From Tolypothrix carrinoi HA7290-LM1 (lineage in GTDB: Bacteria > Cyanobacteriota > Cyanobacteriia > Cyanobacteriales > Nostocaceae): 64,000 nucleotides of DNA. The position numbers and the translations under genes were made by a program. The stretch spans positions 37,120 through 101,119 of the forward strand of contig JAHHIK010000014.1 in assembly GCA_019358935.1 (NCBI GenBank). The letters run 5' to 3'. The notes beneath the pieces were generated by a model. The model did no database searches, was not told the DNA's origin, and saw only the letters and a list, made by a program, of their open reading frames with translations. Of this stretch, positions 52,652 to 62,818 are shown in pieces (position 1 is the first letter of the stretch; each line of letters opens with the position of its first letter).

Positions 52652-54808
52652 TTAGCGTGCAGGTTCTATCTGTAAGTCGTTTTCTTGTTCTTCGATGATG
52701 ATTTCTACACCCCTGATATCTTTGAAAATCAATTCCGCACGTCTGTCTCTTGCAGTATCAATACGGCTATTACCTTGAGAACGTCGCTTAGTTTCACCTA
52801 ATGAGCGAATGGTCATTCTTTCTGGCGCGATCGCACTTTTTAAGAGATAATTTCTCACAGATGAAGCGCGTCGCTTACCCAACGCTAAGTTGTATTCATC
52901 ACTTGCACGCGGGTCTGTATGTCCTTCAATTTCCACGATAATGAAAGGATATTCGCGCAATACTTCGACGACGCGATTTAATACCGTTGCACTTTCAGAA
53001 CTAATATTAGATTTGTCTAAAGCAAAGTGAACAATACGCGGTACTTTCAAACGTATCGGTTCTGGTTTTGGTTGTGGTTCTGGTGTCGGTTCCGGAAGCG
53101 GTTCTGGTGTCGGTTCTGGTGCAGCGCTGACACATTGGGGATTTTGGATTTTAGGTCGAGCTATCGTGATCGCTAACGAGCGACTTGGATTTTGGATTGG
53201 TTTTGGAGCATTAACAGAACGGATAATCGCGTTGTAAGCTGGTTCGGAAGTGCCATATTTAGGAACAGTAGCGATCGCGCTAATTTTGTCTCCCGCCTGC
53301 AACTGAGTTAAACTAGCATTAAACTTGCCTTTTTCATCTACACTTACCGTTGCCAAAGACTGACTCAAAGGACCATAATCATTGTCTTGCTCATCAACTC
53401 GGTAAATTTCGACTTGAGAACCAGCGTCAGCAGTACCATTAATTAAAGCCTTGCCATTGACAATAAATAACTCAGAACTAGCAAACTCTGGTGCATTCAC
53501 CGCTCCATTGCCTGTATCTATGCGTCGGTTTGAACTGTTACGCTTAGGGTTAGAACCATCACCACGTTGAAAATCGCTGACATCCAGATTTTGCTGAGTG
53601 TTCAAGTCAATGCTCAAACCTTCTAACTCACCAAATCTGTTATTTTGAATCACGTTACCCAACGCTGAACCAAAACCATAAGCTTTACTCGTGGGAAACG
53701 CAGTCACCACCACCCCAGGTCCAGTTTGATGACTGATTTCATTATCAATAACTTGATGTTCATTGCCCATCAAATACACCGCAGCGCGTCGCAAACGCTT
53801 ACCATTGAAAGCGATGCGGTTATCGCGAATTTGTACTTTCCCTTCAGGTTTGAATAAATAAACACCAGCACCATCGTTACCGCAAATCAAATTACCCTGA
53901 AGTTGTGAATTAGAAATTACCCCTTCTAAACGCACTGCATCAGGCATTCCCGCAAGTCCATTACCGACGATGATGTTTTCTATCATCAAAGTATTTTCCG
54001 CACGTTGCGATGTAATAATGCCACTGCCATCATGGTAATAAATACGGTTGCGTCGAATTGTCGTCCCCGTACTGTTGAAAACGTAAACCCCAAAAGCAGA
54101 TGTTTTTTCTGGCATTTTTTCATCTGGGGTAATACCCAACCAGTTATTTTCCAGCACCACATTTTTCGTGCTGTTGTCAATAAAGATATCCGCTGGTGGT
54201 ATAGTTAAAGTAGCGCCTCGGTTCGACGAACTGAAACCGTAAATACTTAAACCGCGAATTTGGACGTTATCAGCAACGACACTTAAACCGCGAAGTATCT
54301 CTTTGTTGAGTGCAGGAGTTATTGCCACCATCGCTTTAGGAATAGCAATTTGGGCAGTAGCTGAACGAGAAGCGTTGTAACCTGTTTGAGTAGTACCATC
54401 AACTATCACCGGCTTTGTTAAAGCTGGTAATTCCTGCTGTAACTCAATAGTGGTTTCACTTGATGGTAAGCTAAATTCTATACGTGAGTCCGGCGTATTT
54501 TGCCGAACCAAAGCTTTTTCAGCACCGCTTAATTGCTGTATTGGTAAAGTGTTATTTATTAAAGCGATCGCTTCTCTTAAAGTCAACTTATCATCAGCCT
54601 TAACAGCATCTTCCCCACTATTCACCACAACCCGCAAGGAAGAGGAGGGGGGGAGGGGGAGAGGGGGGGATTGACTAGCTGCTATTTCAGGTGAGATAAG
54701 CAAGAAAAAGCACAACGAAGATATAAAAAGTTTTCTCGTAGTAAGCACTAAAGTGCTTATTTGAGCGCTGAAGCGCTCACTACGTCGTATAATTCCACTC
54801 ATATGCAC
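52652..54808 (-). CDS. secreted beta-helix protein with C-terminal OmpA peptidoglycan-binding domain
   Basis: LTLREAI (CSLREA-like) start, parallel beta-helix repeats, PEPTPEP linker, HFALDKS..IEGHTD..YNLALGKRRA. Confidence 0.9.
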   Translation of the reverse strand: MHMSGIIRRSERFSAQISTLVLTTRKLFISSLCFFLLISPEIAASQSPPLPLPPSSSLRVVVNSGEDAVKADDKLTLREAIALINNTLPIQQLSGAEKALVRQNTPDSRIEFSLPSSETTIELQQELPALTKPVIVDGTTQTGYNASRSATAQIAIPKAMVAITPALNKEILRGLSVVADNVQIRGLSIYGFSSSNRGATLTIPPADIFIDNSTKNVVLENNWLGITPDEKMPEKTSAFGVYVFNSTGTTIRRNRIYYHDGSGIITSQRAENTLMIENIIVGNGLAGMPDAVRLEGVISNSQLQGNLICGNDGAGVYLFKPEGKVQIRDNRIAFNGKRLRRAAVYLMGNEHQVIDNEISHQTGPGVVVTAFPTSKAYGFGSALGNVIQNNRFGELEGLSIDLNTQQNLDVSDFQRGDGSNPKRNSSNRRIDTGNGAVNAPEFASSELFIVNGKALINGTADAGSQVEIYRVDEQDNDYGPLSQSLATVSVDEKGKFNASLTQLQAGDKISAIATVPKYGTSEPAYNAIIRSVNAPKPIQNPSRSLAITIARPKIQNPQCVSAAPEPTPEPLPEPTPEPQPKPEPIRLKVPRIVHFALDKSNISSESATVLNRVVEVLREYPFIIVEIEGHTDPRASDEYNLALGKRRASSVRNYLLKSAIAPERMTIRSLGETKRRSQGNSRIDTARDRRAELIFKDIRGVEIIIEEQENDLQIEPAR

Positions 54809-54811
54809 TCC

Positions 54812-57800
54812 TCATTGAGAAAATACTTCTAAAGTTGTATTGACTTTTGGCTTTTCTGTTACAGTTTTAACCTCAGATTCCTGCTGTTGTCTCGGTACTA
54901 CCTTCTGTCGTCCAAAACCACCGAAAAGCTCATTTACCTTAAAGCTGATGTTCAAATAAGGACCACCATTCGAGCGATAACCTGTAAAATCTCGGTCATC
55001 GATACCACCAAAAGCGTAACCTAAACCAATTCGCAAATCTGGTGTGAAATAATACCCGCCTTCTAGCGCTACACCAAATTCGTTGTATCCTTGGTCGGGT
55101 TGACCAATCCAACGCCCTTCCACTGCTAAATCGGTGCGGTATCCTAGTTGATAACTTGCGCGTAACTGCGCTAAATGCAAACTGCTACTGTTAGTAAAGT
55201 TATTCGCTAAGTAACCTGTGCTGTTACGATATGCGTATTTTCCGTAGAATTCCCACTGCCAATTAGGTGCGTAAATAGCTTCGGCAGCGAAGAGGTGATC
55301 TATCGAATTGTTACCGCTACCGTTTAACAAATTGTCGGGAATCGTCGAGGGATTTTGGCGATACTCGTAGCGCAGCAAGGCGTTAAAATTATCGTTATTC
55401 GGATCGCGGTAAGCTAAACCTACTTTCAGATTTGCGGTGTCTCCCAATCCTTCTAAAAGTTGATTTGCACCACCGGCTTGGTGATAGCGGACTAATGCAG
55501 TTACAGCAGGTGTAATTTTACCAGCAACATTTGCGTAAATTACGGAATTGCTGCCGCCGCTACCGTTGCGATACTCAAATTGGGCACCTGCTTGAAAGTT
55601 GGGATTATCAGTGTATTCCAACCCGACGCTGTAAGCATCACCGGAAAACAGTCCTAAAGATGAAGCACTTTGTCCCACAGTATAAGGTTGAGCAAATCTA
55701 GCACCTGCTGCTGTGGGGGTAAATAAATTGTTGAATATATGTTCGTAACCTAAATTAAGTTTTAAACCTGGTGCTAAACGGATGCGATGATTTAACCCTA
55801 CTGCTCCTCGATCGCTCAAGCCCTCAACACCTGATAAAATCGAATAACGTCCGGTGATGTTGGTATTTTCAGATAGTTTGCGGTCAAGAATTGTATCTAA
55901 GCTGGTGATGCTGTTGCCTTTGAGCAAGCCGCCATCATAAAATTGGTGTGCTAGTCGCATGGTTACGCCAGGATACAACGCCCAATCTAAACCGAGAGTG
56001 GTACGGTTAGGATATAAAACGTCGCTATCACCTAGGTTAAGTTCATTTTGAGCGCGGAAAGTTAAAGCGTTGCTTAAAGGAACGTTGAGATGAGATACTA
56101 ATTGACTGGCGTTACCGTCAAACTGGTTGCTGATTTTATCTTCACGGGAACGATTGACATACTCTATACCCAAGTCGGAAGCACCGAGTTTTTGCTGAAT
56201 ACCTGCGCGAATCGTGGTAAGTTTGTTATCAACTCGACTTCCTGGGGTGGGTTGCGGTTGCGGGTTGAATAAGTCAAAAAACTGCGATCGCGTTGCGGGA
56301 GCGATACCAAAGTTATCTTCGCGATCGTATCCGAAATTAAAGCTGGTAGAATCAGTTAGAAGAGCGATCGCTGATGCACCATAACGAGTTTGTCCGGGTG
56401 TAAAACTTGATGTCGCATTATTGGCAAAGTTTTCTGTGAGAGAACGATAGTAAGCTTTTGCTTGAATGCGATCGCTAAAATTCCCAAATGCTTCTAAACG
56501 ATAAGCAGAACCGCTAACATCCCCAAAGGTGAGAGAATTATGGTTAGAGTGAGCATACTCACCAACAATTTGACCGTTTTTACCTAAAGGTGCAAAAAAG
56601 TCAAAGCCGTATAATTGAAACTCTTGCGCTCCTTGATTTTCTCGCAGATAACTACCTGCAATAAATGAATTTGTATTTCCCGCTTCTCCTCTAAAGTTAT
56701 ATTGCAGTCTGCCTGCGTAAAGATTTGTATCTTCACCCCCGTCATTTTGGTAAGTTACAATAATCCGCTTTACAAGAGTACTGCCAAAAGGATTTAATTC
56801 TGTAGCGAACATGGGACGGTGAAAATTCAGCGTTCCCCGGTCATAATCAATATCGTAGTCTGCACCACGCGATAAAGGTTTGCGTTCAACTACTGTACCG
56901 GGACGATTGATTTCTTCTGATTCTAAGAAGACGTTTTCACTACCTGGAATAACCAAGCGACGCGATAAAAAGTATGTTCCACTCAAACCTGTGGGAGTGA
57001 TAGTATCTCGTTGAAAGCCTTCGATATTGTTTGCATACAAAGCTGTTAATTGCAGGTTGCCAAAATTGTAGTTTCCTTTAAACCCGTGCAGTTGTCTGGT
57101 GGTTGCGGTGTAAAGTTGAGAAGTTCTGGCAAATTCAGTTGTATTGTAATCTCCCCACATAAAGTAGTCGGGTTCCGCACCCGGTACGGGGGAAGTGCGT
57201 TCAAAACGAGCATAAACGCTGTCACCAGAAGGTGCGGTAGAAGTAACCGTAGAACTATCACCGTAGACAGGATATTGTTTTTCACAAGATTGAATACTAC
57301 CAAAAAGGCGATTATCATTATTACAATCTTGATTGAGAGAGCGATCGCTATTAAATGCACCTGTAAATAACCAATCTCCAACTTTACCCGTAGCAAACAC
57401 AGCAGCATTCAAATCTACTTCAGTTCCTTGTTTTTTCGGGTTGAGAAAGTCACGGTAACTACCCCAATAATTTGTTCCCCCCGCACCAATCCGCAGATTT
57501 ACAGAACCGGTTGCCAAAGAAGGACGCAAGTAAGTGATGAATTCTACATCTGTATACGCTTCCAGGGGAGAAGAGGAGAGGGGGAGGGGGGGATGGGGGG
57601 ATGGGGGAGACAAGGGAGACAAGGGAGACAAGGGAGAAAATTCACTTCCAAGTCCTCCTTGTCCCCCTTGTCCTCCAAGTCCTCCTTGTCCCCCTTGTCC
57701 CCTTGTTCCCTTGTCTTCTAATGCATCAACTGCGGCGCGAATTTGGACTCTTTGCGCTTCTAAACTTGATTGCAGAGTTGCAGTGAATATACCATTACGC

Positions 57801-58795
57801 GCAAGTACTTGAAACCCGCTTGCGTCTTTGTCTTGATCTGCACCGATAAACTTACCACCACTAGCGGTTAAAGTAACGGTGACATTTTTGGGTATGATTT
57901 CCCCATCTTCATCAATAATTTTACCATTTAACTCGATAGTTGAACGTCCATCAGCCGGAAGAAAGCGATCGCCTGTAGGTGCAATACTGATTTTTGCCTT
58001 TGTTTGTTTAACTGTTATTTTGACGCTAACAGCTTTACCATTTGCAAGTGCAGTTATAGTATTTTCCCCCTCTCTTAGCGGAACGTTATACCAAACCTGA
58101 GTATTTAATTGTTGTGCGGCATCTTTTTCTACCTGCGTAACTATACTTGCGTCAATCAACTTACCATTCACTTTTACCGTCACTTCAGCGCTGGAGTGAT
58201 ATTCAACTACTAAATTAGTAAATTTATCAGTAATAACACTAACTTGCGGGCTAACAATCCTCACTTCATCAGCAGCAATACTTGCATTACTTTTTATTTG
58301 AGCCTCAACTGCATTCACTGAAGGTATATGTATTTCCTCGGATACGTCTTGGGGGAGTGGGGAGTGGGGAGTGGGGAGTAGGGGAGATGAGGGAGATGAG
58401 GGAGAAGGGGGGGAGGGGGAGAGGGGGGGAGTGGGGGAGTGGAGGAGGGGGGGATGGGGGAATGAGGGGAAAGAAGAATTATTCTCCTTGTCTCCCTTGT
58501 CCCCCTTGTCCCCCTTGTCTCCCTTGTCCCCCTTGTCCCCCTTGTCTCCCTTGTCCCCCTTGTCCCCCTGTCTCCCTGTCTCCCTGTCTCCTGACAATTC
58601 ATCAGGTTGAACACTGGGCGAAAAAACCGCAGCGCTATCTTGTTCAACTGGTGCAATTAAGTGAGATAATTTAGAAGGCTTTGCGCTTTCTTGATTTTGA
58701 GGATTTGTATTTGCCGTTGCGCTTGCAGTCGGTAAAATAGGCAGCGCACTACAAATTGTTAATACAGTTAATTTTCTCGAACTTGCCGGCGTCAT
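54812..58795 (-). CDS. large outer-membrane protein (Ig-like domains plus predicted C-terminal beta-barrel)
   Basis: Signal peptide; Ig-like motifs (LREGENTITA, PADGRS); YPVYGDSS, DYDIDYDRG; long amphipathic-strand C-terminus; two in-frame STRR inserts. Confidence 0.8.
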   Translation of the reverse strand: MTPASSRKLTVLTICSALPILPTASATANTNPQNQESAKPSKLSHLIAPVEQDSAAVFSPSVQPDELSGDRETGRQGDKGDKGDKGDKGDKGDKGDKGDKGDKENNSSFPSFPHPPLLHSPTPPLSPSPPSPSSPSSPLLPTPHSPLPQDVSEEIHIPSVNAVEAQIKSNASIAADEVRIVSPQVSVITDKFTNLVVEYHSSAEVTVKVNGKLIDASIVTQVEKDAAQQLNTQVWYNVPLREGENTITALANGKAVSVKITVKQTKAKISIAPTGDRFLPADGRSTIELNGKIIDEDGEIIPKNVTVTLTASGGKFIGADQDKDASGFQVLARNGIFTATLQSSLEAQRVQIRAAVDALEDKGTRGQGGQGGLGGQGGQGGLGSEFSPLSPLSPLSPPSPHPPLPLSSSPLEAYTDVEFITYLRPSLATGSVNLRIGAGGTNYWGSYRDFLNPKKQGTEVDLNAAVFATGKVGDWLFTGAFNSDRSLNQDCNNDNRLFGSIQSCEKQYPVYGDSSTVTSTAPSGDSVYARFERTSPVPGAEPDYFMWGDYNTTEFARTSQLYTATTRQLHGFKGNYNFGNLQLTALYANNIEGFQRDTITPTGLSGTYFLSRRLVIPGSENVFLESEEINRPGTVVERKPLSRGADYDIDYDRGTLNFHRPMFATELNPFGSTLVKRIIVTYQNDGGEDTNLYAGRLQYNFRGEAGNTNSFIAGSYLRENQGAQEFQLYGFDFFAPLGKNGQIVGEYAHSNHNSLTFGDVSGSAYRLEAFGNFSDRIQAKAYYRSLTENFANNATSSFTPGQTRYGASAIALLTDSTSFNFGYDREDNFGIAPATRSQFFDLFNPQPQPTPGSRVDNKLTTIRAGIQQKLGASDLGIEYVNRSREDKISNQFDGNASQLVSHLNVPLSNALTFRAQNELNLGDSDVLYPNRTTLGLDWALYPGVTMRLAHQFYDGGLLKGNSITSLDTILDRKLSENTNITGRYSILSGVEGLSDRGAVGLNHRIRLAPGLKLNLGYEHIFNNLFTPTAAGARFAQPYTVGQSASSLGLFSGDAYSVGLEYTDNPNFQAGAQFEYRNGSGGSNSVIYANVAGKITPAVTALVRYHQAGGANQLLEGLGDTANLKVGLAYRDPNNDNFNALLRYEYRQNPSTIPDNLLNGSGNNSIDHLFAAEAIYAPNWQWEFYGKYAYRNSTGYLANNFTNSSSLHLAQLRASYQLGYRTDLAVEGRWIGQPDQGYNEFGVALEGGYYFTPDLRIGLGYAFGGIDDRDFTGYRSNGGPYLNISFKVNELFGGFGRQKVVPRQQQESEVKTVTEKPKVNTTLEVFSQ
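57566..57715. repeat. STRR insertion, translated in frame
   Basis: Encodes GQGGQGG...SPLSPLSP. Confidence 0.85.
58351..58593. repeat. STRR insertion, translated in frame
   Basis: Encodes (GDK)n...PHSPLP. Confidence 0.85.
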
Positions 58796-58796
58796 C

Positions 58797-59720
58797 TTAT
58801 TGTCGTCCCTCCCTAAAAGCGGGTGTTACCGCAAAGTTCATCCGTGCCATACCCCCAGGTGCAAGTCGGACAAGTCGAGATTGACTATTTTTTTGGATGC
58901 TGCGAAAGTTGGGAGCGATCGCGTAACCTGGTAAACTAGTTAAATCTAAAGTGCCGGTGCGATCGCCTGAAATTACATTCGCTAAAGAAAACAATCCATT
59001 GGCATCGGTGACAATGCGATTACCGTCATCCATGTAAACCACAGCGTTAGGTATTCCCGGTTCTCCGGGTTGTTGTTCACCGTCAAAGTTTTTATCTACA
59101 AACACACGTCCAATCAAAGTTGCACAATCGGAAATTATGCCTGGACGAATTTTCAATAAGTAGCTAGCTGTATTACTTTTAATGTTGCCAGCATTCGCAA
59201 CCGCTAAATTTCTCCCAGTTCCCCGCACTGCATCCGGTGTGACTGTGGCAGCGTAAACTACGTTTAAAGTGCCTTGTGCAGGGATGCTACCGGCATTGAT
59301 GGTGAATGTGCGGTTTTGTGGTGGTGTGGTTGATATTGTGACTGGTGTTGTTGTACCGCTATTTGTTAAAGTTGCTTGCGGCGATCGCGTAATTAATTGC
59401 AGCCCTAATGGTAAAATATCTGTAAGAGTCAGATTATTCGCACTCCCATTGCCAGTGTTGCGGATGGAAACACGGTAAATTACTGTATCTCCAGGTTCAG
59501 CTGCGGCGCGATCGCTACTTTTAATAATCTGCAAAGCTGCAACATCTGTGGTTAGTGATGTGCGATTGGTGTTGACATTTGGGATATTGTCACCCCCAAA
59601 GACTGCTGTATTTACAATTTCATCGGCAGCAGCACACCTTGCTTCCCAAGCAAGCATTCCCGGAAGCAGCAAGAACAGGAGAAGGTGACTATACCTCCAC
59701 CGTTTGATTATCAATCTCAT
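58797..59720 (-). CDS. secreted DUF11 (conserved repeat) plus SdrD-B-like protein
   Basis: LQIIKS..PGDTVIYRVSIRN..LTDILP; IGRVFVDKNFDGEQQPGEPGIP..TDANGLFS. Confidence 0.88.
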   Translation of the reverse strand: MRLIIKRWRYSHLLLFLLLPGMLAWEARCAAADEIVNTAVFGGDNIPNVNTNRTSLTTDVAALQIIKSSDRAAAEPGDTVIYRVSIRNTGNGSANNLTLTDILPLGLQLITRSPQATLTNSGTTTPVTISTTPPQNRTFTINAGSIPAQGTLNVVYAATVTPDAVRGTGRNLAVANAGNIKSNTASYLLKIRPGIISDCATLIGRVFVDKNFDGEQQPGEPGIPNAVVYMDDGNRIVTDANGLFSLANVISGDRTGTLDLTSLPGYAIAPNFRSIQKNSQSRLVRLAPGGMARMNFAVTPAFREGRQ

Positions 59721-60340
59721 TTCAATACCCGAATCGTTAAAAATCAGCGTTTGTCGAGGATGCGTTCTGATCGGAGGAAACCTCCGCTCAGACTTTCCGC
59801 TTTTGTGCAGATAGGCAAAAATAAACTACCCACCGATTACATTCATCAGCAGAGTGGAAATACGCTCATTTTTTGCGTAACAGTCAGGAAAATTCCCATA
59901 CTCAACACCAAATACCACCGATACTTAAAGAAAAAATTATCGGTTTATAAATGCCTTATTTAGATGTGATAAATGCCCTAATTATTTCTTGAGGTAGATG
60001 CTGCAATTACGTTGCATATGCAGCAAAAAGATTTATCTGCAAACTAAATATAACTAGTGATGTATCAATTGGCAATAGCTTTGCATAGGCTTTACAAATT
60101 AGTGTGTTTGATAACTTAATTTGTATAAATAAACAAGGTAAATATCGCTGATTTATAAAAAAATATTTTTTACCAAAACTTATTTAGAATAATATTTAAG
60201 TACTGAAAAAATACTTAGATGTATATAAGAAAGCATTGACAAACTAATTTTGATGTGCAGAATAAAGAGAGCGATTCTCCGTAGGAGAGGCTACTTTCAC
60301 CGCGCTGGAAAAAACAACTCCTCACCAACTATCAGACACG

Positions 60341-62308
60341 TTACTTTGAATCTTTGAGAGACTGATGTTTTGAACCATCAGGCATAATCGTACCTTCAAG
60401 GAAAGCAGCACTCAGTTCAGAAATGCTCACTTTAGCACCTTTTAAATTTGCACCAGTTAGGTAGGCACCATCTAAGTTAGCACCATTCAAAGTAGCATTC
60501 CTCAAATTGACACCGCTCATATTCGCATGACTCAAGTCAGCACAAATCAGGTTAGCGCTACTGAGGTTGGCACTACTGAGGTTAGCCTGATTTAAGTGAG
60601 CAAAACTCAGCTTGGCATGACTGAGATTAGCACCAGAAAGTTTAGCACCAGAGAGGTTAGCATTATCGAGGTTAGTGTTGCTCAGATTGGCATTACTGAG
60701 ATCGCTTTCACTTAAATTTGCTGCACTCAGATTGGCTTTGGGGAGATTAATATCTACTAACTCTGCACCCGGAGCATCTAAACCTCTAAGAGAAACATTA
60801 TCCTCATTCAAATCTTGGAGTGCTAGAATTCTGGCATAGCTAACTTTTACACCGTGGGCTGCGTCGATGATACCCCAAGCTTGGTAGTGAAATTGTTTTC
60901 TGCGATCGGGAGCTTCTTTAATTACTAGAACTAAGGCAACTACAAGACTAATAGTATCAGCAGCACCCAGAGCCTTTCCCAGCACAGAATTTTCATCAAT
61001 GCTCACAAAAAATATTGTGAAGATGACGGCTGAAACAGTAGCGACTAACCATGCTGGTGATATCCAGAAAGTATCGATAGCTTTAAGCGGAATTTCTGTG
61101 AGGATTTTAAACCAACGCTGTTCTAATAATTTGGGTTGAAATTCCTGATATTTTTCGGTGATTTTCGCTCTGATTTGTGGGAGGATTTCACCCCACTGCC
61201 CCGCTGATAATTTGGGTTGAAATTCCTGGTATTTTTCGGTGATTTTCGCTCTGATTTGTGGGAGGATTTCACCATTCCACTGAATCGATATTAAAGGCTT
61301 TTTCTGTTGCTCTACTTCGGGCTGAAATGGCTTAGATTCCTTTAATTGTCTTAGCTTTTCTTCGGTTGCTGCTTTTTCATCTGAGATAACTTTTGGTGCG
61401 GACTCTGCACTAGCACCTTTTAACATCAAAGCGGTAATCGCTCTGTAAGCATCTACCCACGCTTGCTTTACTTCGGGTGTCCAATCTTGTTGGAGATACT
61501 GCTCAAAAGACATCAGCAGTGCTTCTCCAACTGGTCCATAATATTTGGCAATTGCTCCATATCCAACGTGTCTTTTTCCCAGAGCGTTGAGAACAGGCTC
61601 TAAAGCCTCGGCATTGCGGAGATTTTCTACTACTAAAACCAGAGCATTAAGCAGCTTTTTCTGTTGCTTTGCCATATCGGTTGTGGCAAACAGCGGTTTC
61701 AGCTCTGGGTGTCCTGTAAACAGGTGTTCGTAAAAACTAGCTGTAAATTCATCAGCGTGGGGTTTAATTTTCTCGAAACTGCTTTCGAGTAACTCTACGG
61801 GTAACTCCTGAGGCTCTTTTTCTAGGACTGATTCTATTTGTGTTTGTGTGGCTGGTGCAGCAGTTACCTGTTTCTCTAATTGAGCTTCTTTTGGTACAGA
61901 TTCTGCACCAGCACCTTTTAACATCAAAGCGGTAATCGCTCTATAGGCATCTGTCCACGCTTGCTTTACTTCGGGTGTCCAATCTTGTTGGAGATACTGC
62001 TCAAAAGACATCAGCAGTGCTTCTCCAACTGGTCCATAATATTTGGCAATTGCTCCATATCCAACGTGTCTTTTTCCCAGAGCGTCGAGAACAGGCTCTA
62101 AAGCCTCCGTATTGCGGAGATTTTCTACTACTAAAACCAGAGCATTAAGCAGCTTTTTCTGTTGCTTTGCCATATCAGTTGTGGCAAACAGCGGTTTCAG
62201 CTCTGGGTGTCCTGTAAACAGGTGTTCGTAAAAACTAGCTGTAAATTCATCAGCGTGGGGTTTAATTTTCTCGAAACTTTGCTCTAAAAGTTCAATATTT
62301 AAAGACAT
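60341..62308 (-). CDS. tandem globin-globin, two-TM, pentapeptide-repeat protein
   Basis: Two near-identical flavohemoglobin-type globin domains (FYEHLF, KPLF, LGKRHVGYG), TM helices and an A(N/K)LS pentapeptide tail. Confidence 0.9.
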   Translation of the reverse strand: MSLNIELLEQSFEKIKPHADEFTASFYEHLFTGHPELKPLFATTDMAKQQKKLLNALVLVVENLRNTEALEPVLDALGKRHVGYGAIAKYYGPVGEALLMSFEQYLQQDWTPEVKQAWTDAYRAITALMLKGAGAESVPKEAQLEKQVTAAPATQTQIESVLEKEPQELPVELLESSFEKIKPHADEFTASFYEHLFTGHPELKPLFATTDMAKQQKKLLNALVLVVENLRNAEALEPVLNALGKRHVGYGAIAKYYGPVGEALLMSFEQYLQQDWTPEVKQAWVDAYRAITALMLKGASAESAPKVISDEKAATEEKLRQLKESKPFQPEVEQQKKPLISIQWNGEILPQIRAKITEKYQEFQPKLSAGQWGEILPQIRAKITEKYQEFQPKLLEQRWFKILTEIPLKAIDTFWISPAWLVATVSAVIFTIFFVSIDENSVLGKALGAADTISLVVALVLVIKEAPDRRKQFHYQAWGIIDAAHGVKVSYARILALQDLNEDNVSLRGLDAPGAELVDINLPKANLSAANLSESDLSNANLSNTNLDNANLSGAKLSGANLSHAKLSFAHLNQANLSSANLSSANLICADLSHANMSGVNLRNATLNGANLDGAYLTGANLKGAKVSISELSAAFLEGTIMPDGSKHQSLKDSK

Positions 62309-62389
62309 ATTTTTTCCCGGACTTAAAAGCTGAAACTACCCTGTATAAAGACAGGGCTTTCTGGATTTACCAACGCTTACTAATGCTTT

Positions 62390-62818
62390 TTACACAGTTT
62401 CTAGTGCATAATCTTCTCCTGCACCTGTTAACATCAGAGCAGTAATTGCTGTTAAGGCATCGACCCAGGCTTGTTTGACTTCAACAGTCCAATCTTGCTG
62501 GAGATACTGTTCAAAAGTCGTCAACAATGCTTCTCCAACTGCGGGGTAATGTTCGGGAATTGTCCCATATCCAACGTGTTTGGCTCCTAAAGTTTTGAGA
62601 GCTTCCCCTAAAACCTCTGGTTTACGGAGATTTTGTATCACTAAGACCAGAGCAGCTATGAGATGTTTCCGTTGTTCTACCATGTTAGTGTGGGCAAACA
62701 GCGGTTTCACTTCCGGGTGAGTTGCAAACAGGTTTTCGTAGAAGCTAGCTACGAAATCATTAGCGCGAGGTTTGATTTGCTGGAAACTTTGCTCTAAAAG
62801 TTCAACATTTAAAGACAT
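62390..62818 (-). CDS. single-domain globin (flavohemoglobin-like 3/3 fold)
   Basis: FYENLF, KPLF, EQRKHL, LGAKHVGYG, HYPAVGEALL. Confidence 0.93.
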   Translation of the reverse strand: MSLNVELLEQSFQQIKPRANDFVASFYENLFATHPEVKPLFAHTNMVEQRKHLIAALVLVIQNLRKPEVLGEALKTLGAKHVGYGTIPEHYPAVGEALLTTFEQYLQQDWTVEVKQAWVDALTAITALMLTGAGEDYALETV

